NCBI GenBank assembly: GCA_048938105.1
Contig: JBHLMN010000002.1
Location: forward strand, 64,001 to 128,000
Source of the DNA: Promethearchaeota archaeon
Lineage (GTDB): Archaea > Asgardarchaeota > Heimdallarchaeia > Hodarchaeales > Hodarchaeaceae
Direction: 5' to 3'
DNA length: 64,000 nucleotides
Shown here: positions 55,255 to 64,000 of the stretch, one piece after another
Layout: the number at the start of each line of letters is the position of its first letter
Position numbering within the stretch: the stretch's first letter is position 1
The notes under the pieces: generated by a model
Told to the model about the DNA's origin: nothing
The model's database searches: none
What the model saw: the letters and a program-made list of their open reading frames with translations, nothing else
Made by a program: the position numbers and the translations under genes

Positions 55255-57507
55255 TTGACAGAACAGTATTCATTACAGAAATATAAGTCACTAGAAAGTT
55301 TTGCACTAGATCAAACAGAACAATTTTTCAAACCGAGGACTTTTCTTGATTTAGTATTCTTACTTTTACTAATTTTCTGGTGGATATCAGCTTTTTTTTT
55401 CTCACAAACTGGAGTATTTCGTGCCACTATATTCACTGGTCTAATAGTTCTATTTGTATTTACACCATTATACATTTATCTTAAGGGAGATGATAAATCA
55501 GCAGCTTCTCCTATGAATCGTGCGGGGAAGATACTAATTTTTTATATTATCATTCTAATTTCTACCCCAAGTAGTACAATATCAAATATATGGGGTTCAA
55601 CTATTCCAATTTCTTATGGTGAGCTTGAACGAGCTCTCGTGTGTATTCTCATTCCTTTTACAATATTATTGAATAATTTTTCTCTTAAAATGCTTAAAAT
55701 GGGTTATTTGTTTTATATTCAAAGGATTCTTCAAGGTTTTTGGTTAGCAAGTTTGATTTTTTACATATTTAAGGGGATTCAGCTATACCATCCTATTGAT
55801 ATATTTCCAATAGATTTCGATTTTCTACTATTTATTACATTCTTTATGTTTTTAGGCGGTAGTTTATTTCCAGTAGCTCCCAAACAATTAAGCTTAAGTA
55901 CAACTGATCTTTTTAATCAGTATCAAGCTTTAAAATCACCAACGGAAAGAATTCGTGACGCTTTACTAGCTGGAGCTTTCTGTTTGTTAATCGTTCTTCT
56001 TTTAAAATGGGTTGATTCAGCTTATATTGAACTGTTTCAATATACTGCATTTTTAAGCTTATTAATCGGATTCATCTTGATTTTCACACCAAAAAAACAA
56101 GATAGTCGATTTGGATCTCTCATGAGTGCTATTTCTAGTCAAGGTCAGGTTATTGATCCCTCTAGTAGTCTCGGGAATCGAGTCCAGAATTTTGCTAAAA
56201 CAATTCAAGAAACCGAGTTCAGGAAGTCGGAACGAGTTTACACAATTCCAACTGATCAGATGAAGCTTGTGAGTAAGGGAAAAACATCAGTGAGAGCTAG
56301 TAAAGGAGCTATCGCTGTTCCAACAGTTACCGAAAAAGGAACTGCATTAGTTCTAATGGGTAAATCTGAAATGGAAACACAGACTGAAGATCAAGAAGCT
56401 TCATCTAAAAAAGAAATTAAGGGAACTACCACAATTTGGCTAAAACCGGAAGAATGGAACAAAATAAAACTACAGTTAAATCCTAAAGAAATGAGCGAGC
56501 TGACCGAATTCGATCTGAAAACAGCTGGTATTAATACTACAACAGAAATCTTTGAAAAAACTAGAAAGGCACTGAATGATTTGAAATCATGGCGCGGACC
56601 ACAAGGGATTTTTTCATCAGTTTTAGATTCAACACCATCTAAGTATTCAATAACAGAAACAGAAGATTATTCTTTAGTGAGGTTACCTGGGGTCTATGTT
56701 TTCGAATCTAACATGTTAGAATTGGTCAATGTTTTGGGAGGTCTTGTCAAAGTTATCGAAGTCAAGGGAGTCGGCCAATACGTCCAAGTTCTTGGAGGAT
56801 TTGTAACAGTTCTAGAAACAACTGATTATTCTTTTGTGCAAACTCCTTTTGTTTCCGTTATTGAAACACCAGTTGGGGAAAAAGTCCGAGTTTTTGGAAT
56901 AGATATTCAGGAGGGGGATCCAATTGATTTAGAAGAAATGAGAACGAAAATAATTCAAGATAAACAGAACTTCGATCAGTTATTTACCAAACGAGTAGAA
57001 TCTCTTTTTAAAGAAGATCCTCAGTTATTATTAACTGATTCAAAAGGAGAAAAGACGGGGTTCATTGTAGGGGAAGATGAACTATTGAGTGATGTCCCAA
57101 CGAGAGGTAAAGGTCTAAAAGCTATGAAAGGATTAAAGGGACTAAAGAGTCTCAAAGGAATAGAAGGATATGATTCAAAACATAGACATAGGCATAAGCA
57201 TTCTCCTCGGGCTCCTTCTCCTCCTCTTCCTCCTCCTCCTCCTCGAAAAAGGAAGAAAATTACTGTACGTTTTCCATCAGACCTCAATAGCGAGGAAATA
57301 CCAGTTGATCATCCACAACTTCAAGAAATAGAAGAAGCATTAACTCGAATTGAAGAATCTATTAATGCTACTGATGAAAAATTTCTGAATAACGAGATTT
57401 CCGAAAAAAAGCATACAGAGATAATTAATCGGTTAAACGTAAGAAAGGAGAAATTACAGAGAAAGAAGGAGGAACTTAACGATAATTTGAAACCAAAGCT
57501 GGTTTGA
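55255..57507 (+). CDS. Polytopic membrane protein with a large soluble C-terminal region (basic/His patch, polyproline tract, coiled coil)
   Basis: About 8 TM segments, then a beta-rich region, KGLKAMKGLKGLKSLKG, KHRHRHKH, APSPPLPPPPPRKRKK. Likely TTG start at 55255 after GAGG; the ORF is open from 55084. Confidence 0.8.
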   Translation: MTEQYSLQKYKSLESFALDQTEQFFKPRTFLDLVFLLLLIFWWISAFFFSQTGVFRATIFTGLIVLFVFTPLYIYLKGDDKSAASPMNRAGKILIFYIIILISTPSSTISNIWGSTIPISYGELERALVCILIPFTILLNNFSLKMLKMGYLFYIQRILQGFWLASLIFYIFKGIQLYHPIDIFPIDFDFLLFITFFMFLGGSLFPVAPKQLSLSTTDLFNQYQALKSPTERIRDALLAGAFCLLIVLLLKWVDSAYIELFQYTAFLSLLIGFILIFTPKKQDSRFGSLMSAISSQGQVIDPSSSLGNRVQNFAKTIQETEFRKSERVYTIPTDQMKLVSKGKTSVRASKGAIAVPTVTEKGTALVLMGKSEMETQTEDQEASSKKEIKGTTTIWLKPEEWNKIKLQLNPKEMSELTEFDLKTAGINTTTEIFEKTRKALNDLKSWRGPQGIFSSVLDSTPSKYSITETEDYSLVRLPGVYVFESNMLELVNVLGGLVKVIEVKGVGQYVQVLGGFVTVLETTDYSFVQTPFVSVIETPVGEKVRVFGIDIQEGDPIDLEEMRTKIIQDKQNFDQLFTKRVESLFKEDPQLLLTDSKGEKTGFIVGEDELLSDVPTRGKGLKAMKGLKGLKSLKGIEGYDSKHRHRHKHSPRAPSPPLPPPPPRKRKKITVRFPSDLNSEEIPVDHPQLQEIEEALTRIEESINATDEKFLNNEISEKKHTEIINRLNVRKEKLQRKKEELNDNLKPKLV

Positions 57508-57558
57508 ATGATTTTATGAAGAAAAATGAATCCTTTTAGATTGAAAACATTATTAAAA

Positions 57559-59514
57559 TTATTCTTTGATGTCAGGAGATTTAAGGGATTGCAGTGTCAT
57601 ATTTAAGCTCTCAATCATAGAATCTAATTTGAATTTGGACTCAGCAAGTAATAATAAATCCTTCTTTAACGATAAGCGTGAGACACGAGTGGTAACCACT
57701 TTATTAACTTCATTGTGATTACTTTTCGGATTATTTTCGACCCATTCTATCAATAGCGAAACAGAATGAGCGAATAACGACATCGCATGATTTTCGTCCT
57801 TTTCCTTCAGAATAATAATCGCAGCATTATGATAAGCAGTACTTGCTCTCCGTAAACTAATCAATGCATTCATTAATGCCTTTTTCTTTTGATCTAACAC
57901 AATTTCTGTGGAAGGAAGTGTTGACATTCCTTTGGTTCCGGCGAGAAATAGCTCTGCAGCTTTTTCAAAATCTTCCATTTTAAAAAGAGTATTTGCATAC
58001 TGAATTTGAATAGGAATAAGATCAGATATAGGAGTACTTGATTTAGATAGACACTGAAGAGCGTAATCAAATGAGTCAAGAGCGATAGAACATGTGTTCA
58101 TTTTTTCCTCTATTTTCCCCTTTTCAAATGAAATCAGCCCTAAAAGTCTGTTTTCTCGAATAGTGATCTCTTCTTTTTTTAGTAAGGATAATGCACGGGA
58201 AAGTAGCTCATAAGACCTTTCCCTATCTCTGATCATTCGAGCTCCGTCATATAATGACTTAGCTGCGGAAATATGATCTCCAGCTTCAATAAAAAGTTTT
58301 GTTGCCTTTTCTAAAAGATTTACACCTTTTTCTTTATTTCCTAGTGAGAAGTAAGCGCTCACTGCTAAGATTAAAGATGTCGCTGCTTTTTTGGAGTTTT
58401 TCTCTGTTTGTTGCAATAATCGAGAGGCTTCCTCTCTTTTCTTGGCTGATCTTCCGATTAATCCAATAGTATAAGTAGGATTTTCTCCCCTCTCTTTTTC
58501 AGCTTGAAACATTAACCTACTCGCAAAAGTCGATAGATAATCAGCTGCTGTCTGTTTATCCGATACTAAGTTGACCGCTTTATCAAAGCATACATTAGCT
58601 TCTTCATATCGAGACTGTTCATGGAGAACAATACCCATATCATAATTCAGCGATGCGTTTAACGAAGGATCTTTTATCCATAGGGTCGCAGCTTGAATGA
58701 GTTCAATGGCTTTATCATATTCCTGTAAATGATAGGCGCATTTACCTGCAAAATATGAGGCTTCGCCAGCCTTTTCAAATAATCGAATACGAGAGTAACA
58801 ATTCGTAGCTTTCTCGAAAGCTTCCCCTGCTTCTCTATAGCTGTTTCCAGTTAAAAAAATTCTACCAACCAAAGCAAAAGCATGTCCTGCTCCTTTATCA
58901 TCAACGTTTTCTAGTCGGTTTGCAACTCGTAAAGCAGTCCATAATTGATTTCTGTCCTTGAGATTTTCCCATGCTTCTTTTGCTGTTTCAAGATCTTGTA
59001 AAGCTCGAGGAATGGCATAATCAGAATTTACTTCGAAGGAAATTGCGTCAAACTTCTCTTCTTTTTCTAAAGTATGAAGTGATTCAGCAATTTTATCCCA
59101 AATTTTTTGGGCTGAAAAATCAGCAATCTCTTGTTTTAGGATATCTAGATATTCAAAAATGTTGTTATTCAGATGAGAACTTAAGATTTCAGCTGTAGCT
59201 TGATCTGTCAAAAATGCTAAAAAGAAAGGGCGTTCTTTTCCCCGTAAACTAGTATCTAGCCATGAATCAAAAGCTACCCTAGCTATGACACCCTTGCCTA
59301 AGCTTAATAAAGGAATAGAGAATTCTGTTCTTTGTGAATGACCATGTTGCCCAAATACTGTCACAGATGCAAGATAAATTTGCAAAGCGACAGATTCCGG
59401 GTCATTTAAAGCGGCATGCGGGAAAAGAGAAATTATAGATGGACCTGATATGTCATCCCACCGAACAGCCAGGATAGTGAGGTCCATTCTTGGTTGTTCT
59501 ATAAAATCTTGCAT
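57559..59514 (-). CDS. Longin/uDENN-like domain + TPR/alpha-SNAP-like solenoid protein
   Basis: N-terminal LAVRWDDISGP...RGKERPFFLAFL, then repeated A..F.KA...Y TPR helices. Confidence 0.72.
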   Translation of the reverse strand: MQDFIEQPRMDLTILAVRWDDISGPSIISLFPHAALNDPESVALQIYLASVTVFGQHGHSQRTEFSIPLLSLGKGVIARVAFDSWLDTSLRGKERPFFLAFLTDQATAEILSSHLNNNIFEYLDILKQEIADFSAQKIWDKIAESLHTLEKEEKFDAISFEVNSDYAIPRALQDLETAKEAWENLKDRNQLWTALRVANRLENVDDKGAGHAFALVGRIFLTGNSYREAGEAFEKATNCYSRIRLFEKAGEASYFAGKCAYHLQEYDKAIELIQAATLWIKDPSLNASLNYDMGIVLHEQSRYEEANVCFDKAVNLVSDKQTAADYLSTFASRLMFQAEKERGENPTYTIGLIGRSAKKREEASRLLQQTEKNSKKAATSLILAVSAYFSLGNKEKGVNLLEKATKLFIEAGDHISAAKSLYDGARMIRDRERSYELLSRALSLLKKEEITIRENRLLGLISFEKGKIEEKMNTCSIALDSFDYALQCLSKSSTPISDLIPIQIQYANTLFKMEDFEKAAELFLAGTKGMSTLPSTEIVLDQKKKALMNALISLRRASTAYHNAAIIILKEKDENHAMSLFAHSVSLLIEWVENNPKSNHNEVNKVVTTRVSRLSLKKDLLLLAESKFKLDSMIESLNMTLQSLKSPDIKE

Positions 59515-59523
59515 ATTAGTCGT

Positions 59524-61290
59524 TTAAGTCAGCTCCTTTAATTTTTCTTTTAAACGACGCAAGTCGACCATTTTTTTCTCTGATGTTGTTGTCTTCTCAA
59601 CTAGTTGAAGTTTTTCTTCTTTGGGAAATTCGATCGTAGGTGCCAAAGGGGTGAATGACTCGGATCCATTTATCCTTAAAACTAGGATAGTTCTAACTTC
59701 GTCAGAGCATAATTTCCAAGTTAGAATTTGATGAGTTTTTTCGTTCTTTATGAAGGGGGTCAAATGGAGTGGATCTATCAACGTTAGATTGAAATCTGAA
59801 GGAATTCGATCAGTTATAGTAATGTCGTTTGTTGTAAAATTCTCAACAGAATAGAACCATAGGTACTCACATTGGTTTGTATCTACAACTGGTTGTGATA
59901 TTTTTTCAACTTTAACAGAACCAATATTACACTCATATTCATCAATGTAATGTCTGGTTAGAGGTTTCTCACGAAATTCGTAAAACACGGAAAAATTGTC
60001 GCCTGGTAGTAATGTACTAAAAATCCATCTGAATAAGGTGCTATCGTGGGTTGGAATTGTCACAGGTTTGATTTTTTTATTTGAATTTGAATTTTTTACT
60101 ATTAGTTCACGGGGAATGATATCCTCCACCAAGATTTCGTGAAAAACTTTTCCTGATGTATTTACAAAATCCAAGTTAGCCTCTAAATCTTGTTGAACGG
60201 ACTGGTAAATAGTAACTACAGAAACTTTACTTTCTTTTCTCAAAATAATAGAGCGTTCAACTCGCTTTCTCAAGATATATTCAACAGAAATCTTTTCACC
60301 AGGCTCTATCCTATCTTTTTTCCAAGTGAAAATCAATCCATCATTTGTACGCTTTTTTTCATCTAATTCAAAGTCCGTTATAATATTAACTACTTGAAAG
60401 CTGAATGGAATAGTATTAATTATTTCGATGTCAATCAACTCATCCTCAAATTCATTTGTGATTTCTGTTGTTGCTGTGTAATCTAAATCAAGATTATCAC
60501 TGCTTTTTAAAAATTCAGATGGAATTAATTTTTCTTTAATCTCAGAATCAGGAGGATATCTGTTTGTAAATGTGTCAACAACATCATTTAAGCTTTCACT
60601 AGGTTCTACTGGACTTAAGGTAAACTGAGGTTCAATAACTTGTGACTCACCAGATGTATTCTTTACAAATGCATTTGTTTGGATTTCCTGATTAATTTTC
60701 TCTCTTGTTGCTTGTGAAACGGCCGCAAGGACGGCGTAGGAACCCAAAGTTGATGGTTGTTCCTTCTCGAGTTGAGGGATCATGAATTCTTGCTTTTTTG
60801 GTTGAGTGTCATCATCAATCGAGAAAAAATCATTGTTAAGGGGGATGATCTCCTCTTCCTCTTCAATTGGTAGAATATCAACATCTGGAAGGGCTTCAAC
60901 TACCTTTGTTGACTTTTCCTCTTCCTCAATTTTTGCTTTCTTCTGTCTTTCTAATGTATCTAAAGCAATTCTATATTGATGCATTGATGAGGAAAATCCA
61001 TATTCCTTACCTTTTTCAAGCAAGATTTCAGCTGTATCTATATCATCAATCATTAAATGCCTCATTATTGCTTTTCCATAACAAGATGCCGCTCTTTCTT
61101 TATTATCTAAATCAAGAAAAAAGTCTCCAGCTAAAGTGAGATATTGACCAGCTTTTTTCCGATCTCCCAGTTTGTCATAGCATTTTGCTGCTTCTTCAAA
61201 AATTGTTGCTGAAACATCGAGAGAATGTTTAGAAGCTTCTGTAGCCTCACGTACTAGCTCTTCGCAGTCTGATTGTTGCATTAGAGTCAC
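59524..61290 (-). CDS. TPR/SNAP-like N-terminus + acidic linker + three Ig-like beta-sandwich repeats
   Basis: EEAAKCY..LGD..KA and AASCYGKA helices; three (D/N)xIP...W...(PG)...Y units; no signal peptide. Confidence 0.7.
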   Translation of the reverse strand: MTLMQQSDCEELVREATEASKHSLDVSATIFEEAAKCYDKLGDRKKAGQYLTLAGDFFLDLDNKERAASCYGKAIMRHLMIDDIDTAEILLEKGKEYGFSSSMHQYRIALDTLERQKKAKIEEEEKSTKVVEALPDVDILPIEEEEEIIPLNNDFFSIDDDTQPKKQEFMIPQLEKEQPSTLGSYAVLAAVSQATREKINQEIQTNAFVKNTSGESQVIEPQFTLSPVEPSESLNDVVDTFTNRYPPDSEIKEKLIPSEFLKSSDNLDLDYTATTEITNEFEDELIDIEIINTIPFSFQVVNIITDFELDEKKRTNDGLIFTWKKDRIEPGEKISVEYILRKRVERSIILRKESKVSVVTIYQSVQQDLEANLDFVNTSGKVFHEILVEDIIPRELIVKNSNSNKKIKPVTIPTHDSTLFRWIFSTLLPGDNFSVFYEFREKPLTRHYIDEYECNIGSVKVEKISQPVVDTNQCEYLWFYSVENFTTNDITITDRIPSDFNLTLIDPLHLTPFIKNEKTHQILTWKLCSDEVRTILVLRINGSESFTPLAPTIEFPKEEKLQLVEKTTTSEKKMVDLRRLKEKLKELT

Positions 61291-61298
61291 TCCATGAG

Positions 61299-61682
61299 TT
61301 ATTTTACAACTTTATATTTAGAAGTAATGGTTAACACTTCTGACACGCGAGGATTGTAATCTTCTAGAGGATTTCGGTCATCATACTTAATAGATTGGAA
61401 TGTCCTTGAAAAAATCACCCAAGAAACACGTTTATTTTGACTTTTAGCGAAACGAGACAGTCTTTCAAACGCGTCTTCACCTTTGATACCAAAGGATTGT
61501 TCGCATAGCACACGTATCTCATCAAGAATATTTGGAGTGCGGTTTCTAGAGAAAAGACTCAATTTTTCTAGAAGATTCGCTTCTTTAGGATTAATTTTCT
61601 TCTTTTTCAGCAATTCAATTATAAAAGACGGATCTTGTAAGGATTGACTAGCTTCAGCGAAGGTTAAATTAATAAAAGGCAC
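61299..61682 (-). CDS. Hypothetical protein
   Basis: 127 aa; GTG start after GAGGA; first gene of a tightly spaced three-gene run. Confidence 0.7.
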   Translation of the reverse strand: MPFINLTFAEASQSLQDPSFIIELLKKKKINPKEANLLEKLSLFSRNRTPNILDEIRVLCEQSFGIKGEDAFERLSRFAKSQNKRVSWVIFSRTFQSIKYDDRNPLEDYNPRVSEVLTITSKYKVVK

Positions 61683-61795
61683 TCTTTAAATCCTCAGAAT
61701 AGTTCGCAGATAAAAATCAGGCATGACTAAGACCCATAAAATTTCTAGGAATTAAATACTTAACGAAACAATGAAGTTTAATACTTAACCATAAG

Positions 61796-61809
61796 TTCTT
61801 TATAAAGAA
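61796..61809. promoter_or_regulatory. Palindromic TATA element between divergent genes
   Basis: Perfect 14-bp palindrome TTCTTTATAAAGAA, about 30 nt upstream of the Nudix start. Confidence 0.5.
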
Positions 61810-61839
61810 AGTTTCAAAGGGTTCGCTTGAGACTTTCAA

Positions 61840-62541
61840 TTGCCAAATTTTCAAACATGCCTTGAAGAATTACGTTTAATCCTTCAGAGCGAGTCTCGCT
61901 TAATCATTGATCTTCCAGATGGTTTTCAACGAGCAGCAGTATTAATCCCTTTCATCTGGCGCGAGAAGGGTTGGTCTATTATTTTCACCCGCCGAACTGC
62001 AAATGTGCCTTATCATAAAAATGAAATATCTTTCCCAGGAGGGAGGTATGAGGCTGATTTTGATGAGGATTTAATCCAAACAGCTTTACGAGAAGTAGAT
62101 GAGGAGCTGGGAATTCAAAAGGTAAAAGTCCTAGGATTAATTGATGATCTTTTAACAATAAGTAAATTTGTTGTTACACCAGTAGTAGGCATTATTGAAG
62201 ATACTAAGGAAGTTGATGCTGAAGAGATACCTACACAAGAAATCGAATATATTTTAAACCCCCTGATTTATGATTTGACCAATCCAGAGATTTTTTCAAT
62301 TAAGGAAATGAAATATCAGGATAATTTTATTTTCAAAGTTCCATTTTTTAATTATACAGAAAATGAGGTTATCTGGGGTGCAACAGCTCGGATTCTTGTA
62401 AATCTTTTGAAGAAACTTAACCAATTATCGCTTGATTGCAGGTTAAAGTTGATGAAACGCTATTTATGGGAAGGAAATGGCAAAATTAATAATGGATTAG
62501 ATTATGTAGATAATTTGAAACTTATAAAAAGGAATAGTTAA
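61840..62541 (+). CDS. CoA pyrophosphatase (Nudix, NudL/PCD1-like)
   Basis: AAVLIP, FTRR...H.NEISFPGG, TALREVDEELG, VTPVVG and IWGATARIL. Confidence 0.9.
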   Translation: MPNFQTCLEELRLILQSESRLIIDLPDGFQRAAVLIPFIWREKGWSIIFTRRTANVPYHKNEISFPGGRYEADFDEDLIQTALREVDEELGIQKVKVLGLIDDLLTISKFVVTPVVGIIEDTKEVDAEEIPTQEIEYILNPLIYDLTNPEIFSIKEMKYQDNFIFKVPFFNYTENEVIWGATARILVNLLKKLNQLSLDCRLKLMKRYLWEGNGKINNGLDYVDNLKLIKRNS

Positions 62542-62576
62542 TCAAATAAAATATGAGAATAAACAATTTTAGCTGT

Positions 62577-63902
62577 TTATTCACTTTCCCCTTGTACCTC
62601 ATCATAAATCTCTTTTACAGTGTCATAAGTGACTTTCAATTTCCTTTCAGAGATTTTATCGATAATTTTGTCTATAATTGTCCCTTTTGCTCCCATGGAA
62701 GCAGCTAGATTCCGTGCGTGTAATTTCATGTGTCCAGCTTGGATACCAACAGTAGCTAAAGCCCGTAAAGCACCAAAGTTTTGTGCCAAGCCGACAGCAG
62801 CCATAATTTCTGCAAGCTTTAGAGCTCCTCCTGGAACGCTCAATCCTAAAATCTTGAATGAAATTTGAGCTAATGGATGAATGCGAGCAACACCTCCTAC
62901 TAGACCAATAGCAAGTGGTAGCTCAATTGTACCTACCAAATCTCCATTTCCATCTTTTTCCCATGTCGTCAATGAGGAATATTTACCAGTAACTTTAACT
63001 GCTGCATAAGTATGAGCGCCTGCCTCTATAGCCCTCCAATCTTGAGCAGTGGCAATTGCAACCGCATCTATACCATTCATAATACCTTTATTGTGGGTAC
63101 TACATCGATAAGGATCCGCTTCTGCAAAAGCATATGCGTTGAGAATACCATTGACAACTTCTTCACCTTTCATATTTTCTGTTTCCAATTCATTAGCATT
63201 GAACACTGCTCTTGCTCTTACTAATCGTCTATCAGCTAGGTTCGATATAATTCTTAAAAGAGCTTGACCACCAATGATCTTTTCTAATAGTGGAGCGACT
63301 GCTTCATTCATTGTATTGACAGCGTTTGCGCCCATTGCATCTCGAACATCCACTAATAGTTCAGTAATGACCATAGCTCCTTTCATTGTGTTTGTTAATA
63401 CTTTCACGTTTATTCCTTGACAACCTCCTCCAAATTTCACCAATATAGGATCCTGTTTGTTGGCTAGTTCGACGATCTCCTGTTCATGTTCTAGAATTTT
63501 CTCACGAGCATTGTATGGATCAGGTACATTAATCATCTGAATTTGACCAATCATAATTGGGGGTGTTGTACTTGTAAAAAATCCGCCACTTACACGAGCT
63601 ATTTTTGCAGAATTTGAGGCTGCTGCCACTACTGAAGCTTCTTCAATGGCCATAGGTACCAAATAATCCGTTCCATTGATAGCAAAATTGGTAGCGATAC
63701 CTAAAGGAACCTGCATAACTGCAATAGTATTTTCAATGTAATGTCCTTGTCCAGCCTTATCTAGAATGTCAGTAGAACCCTTTATATAATCTAAATCCTC
63801 TTGATTTAAATTACAAAGTTTCTGAATAATGTTTTGTCTTTCTTCGACACTTTTTTTGAAGAAACCTGCAATTCGAGAATTGATCTTGCTTTCATCATCC
63901 AT
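62577..63902 (-). CDS. mvaA: HMG-CoA reductase, class II
   Basis: IENTI, PMAIEEASVVAAAS, DAMGANAVN, THNKGIMNGID, QDWRAIEAG and GHMKLH. Confidence 0.95.
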   Translation of the reverse strand: MDDESKINSRIAGFFKKSVEERQNIIQKLCNLNQEDLDYIKGSTDILDKAGQGHYIENTIAVMQVPLGIATNFAINGTDYLVPMAIEEASVVAAASNSAKIARVSGGFFTSTTPPIMIGQIQMINVPDPYNAREKILEHEQEIVELANKQDPILVKFGGGCQGINVKVLTNTMKGAMVITELLVDVRDAMGANAVNTMNEAVAPLLEKIIGGQALLRIISNLADRRLVRARAVFNANELETENMKGEEVVNGILNAYAFAEADPYRCSTHNKGIMNGIDAVAIATAQDWRAIEAGAHTYAAVKVTGKYSSLTTWEKDGNGDLVGTIELPLAIGLVGGVARIHPLAQISFKILGLSVPGGALKLAEIMAAVGLAQNFGALRALATVGIQAGHMKLHARNLAASMGAKGTIIDKIIDKISERKLKVTYDTVKEIYDEVQGESE

Positions 63903-64000
63903 TTTAAAGCATCCTATATACTTTCTTATTCATGAGAATCGTTTTTGAACCTAGGTTAATAAAGACTTAAAATTTCTTTAGTCTATATCTTATAAAGAGA

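Overview
AT-rich archaeal chromosomal segment, most likely an Asgard archaeon (Heimdallarchaeia/Hodarchaeales-like). This assignment is inferred from five Ras/Rab-like small GTPases, longin- and roadblock-like proteins and a DNA polymerase epsilon-like PolB. From left to right the window holds: the 3' part of uvrC; an orphan DUF499 ATPase; a PH-like/alpha-beta hydrolase fusion; a porGDAB 2-oxoacid:ferredoxin oxidoreductase operon; tandem Rab-like GTPases; an smc-scpA locus with two different scpB (kite) paralogues, split by a TrmB-HTH/long coiled-coil gene; an MFS transporter; a roadblock-like/coiled-coil/GTPase/GTPase cluster; housekeeping and metabolic genes (DPM1-like GT2, dUTPase/dCTP deaminase, rocD, MBL, DUF362, Lrp); a short MutY; an unannotated GC-rich structured RNA candidate; four N6-adenine-type DNA methyltransferases with no visible nuclease; an intein-containing Pol epsilon-like polymerase; a membrane protein with a polyproline tract; a longin+TPR / TPR+Ig-like gene pair; a CoA pyrophosphatase; and a class II HMG-CoA reductase. 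I saw no rRNA, tRNA, CRISPR array or transposase. All calls come from reading motifs by eye; no searches were run.
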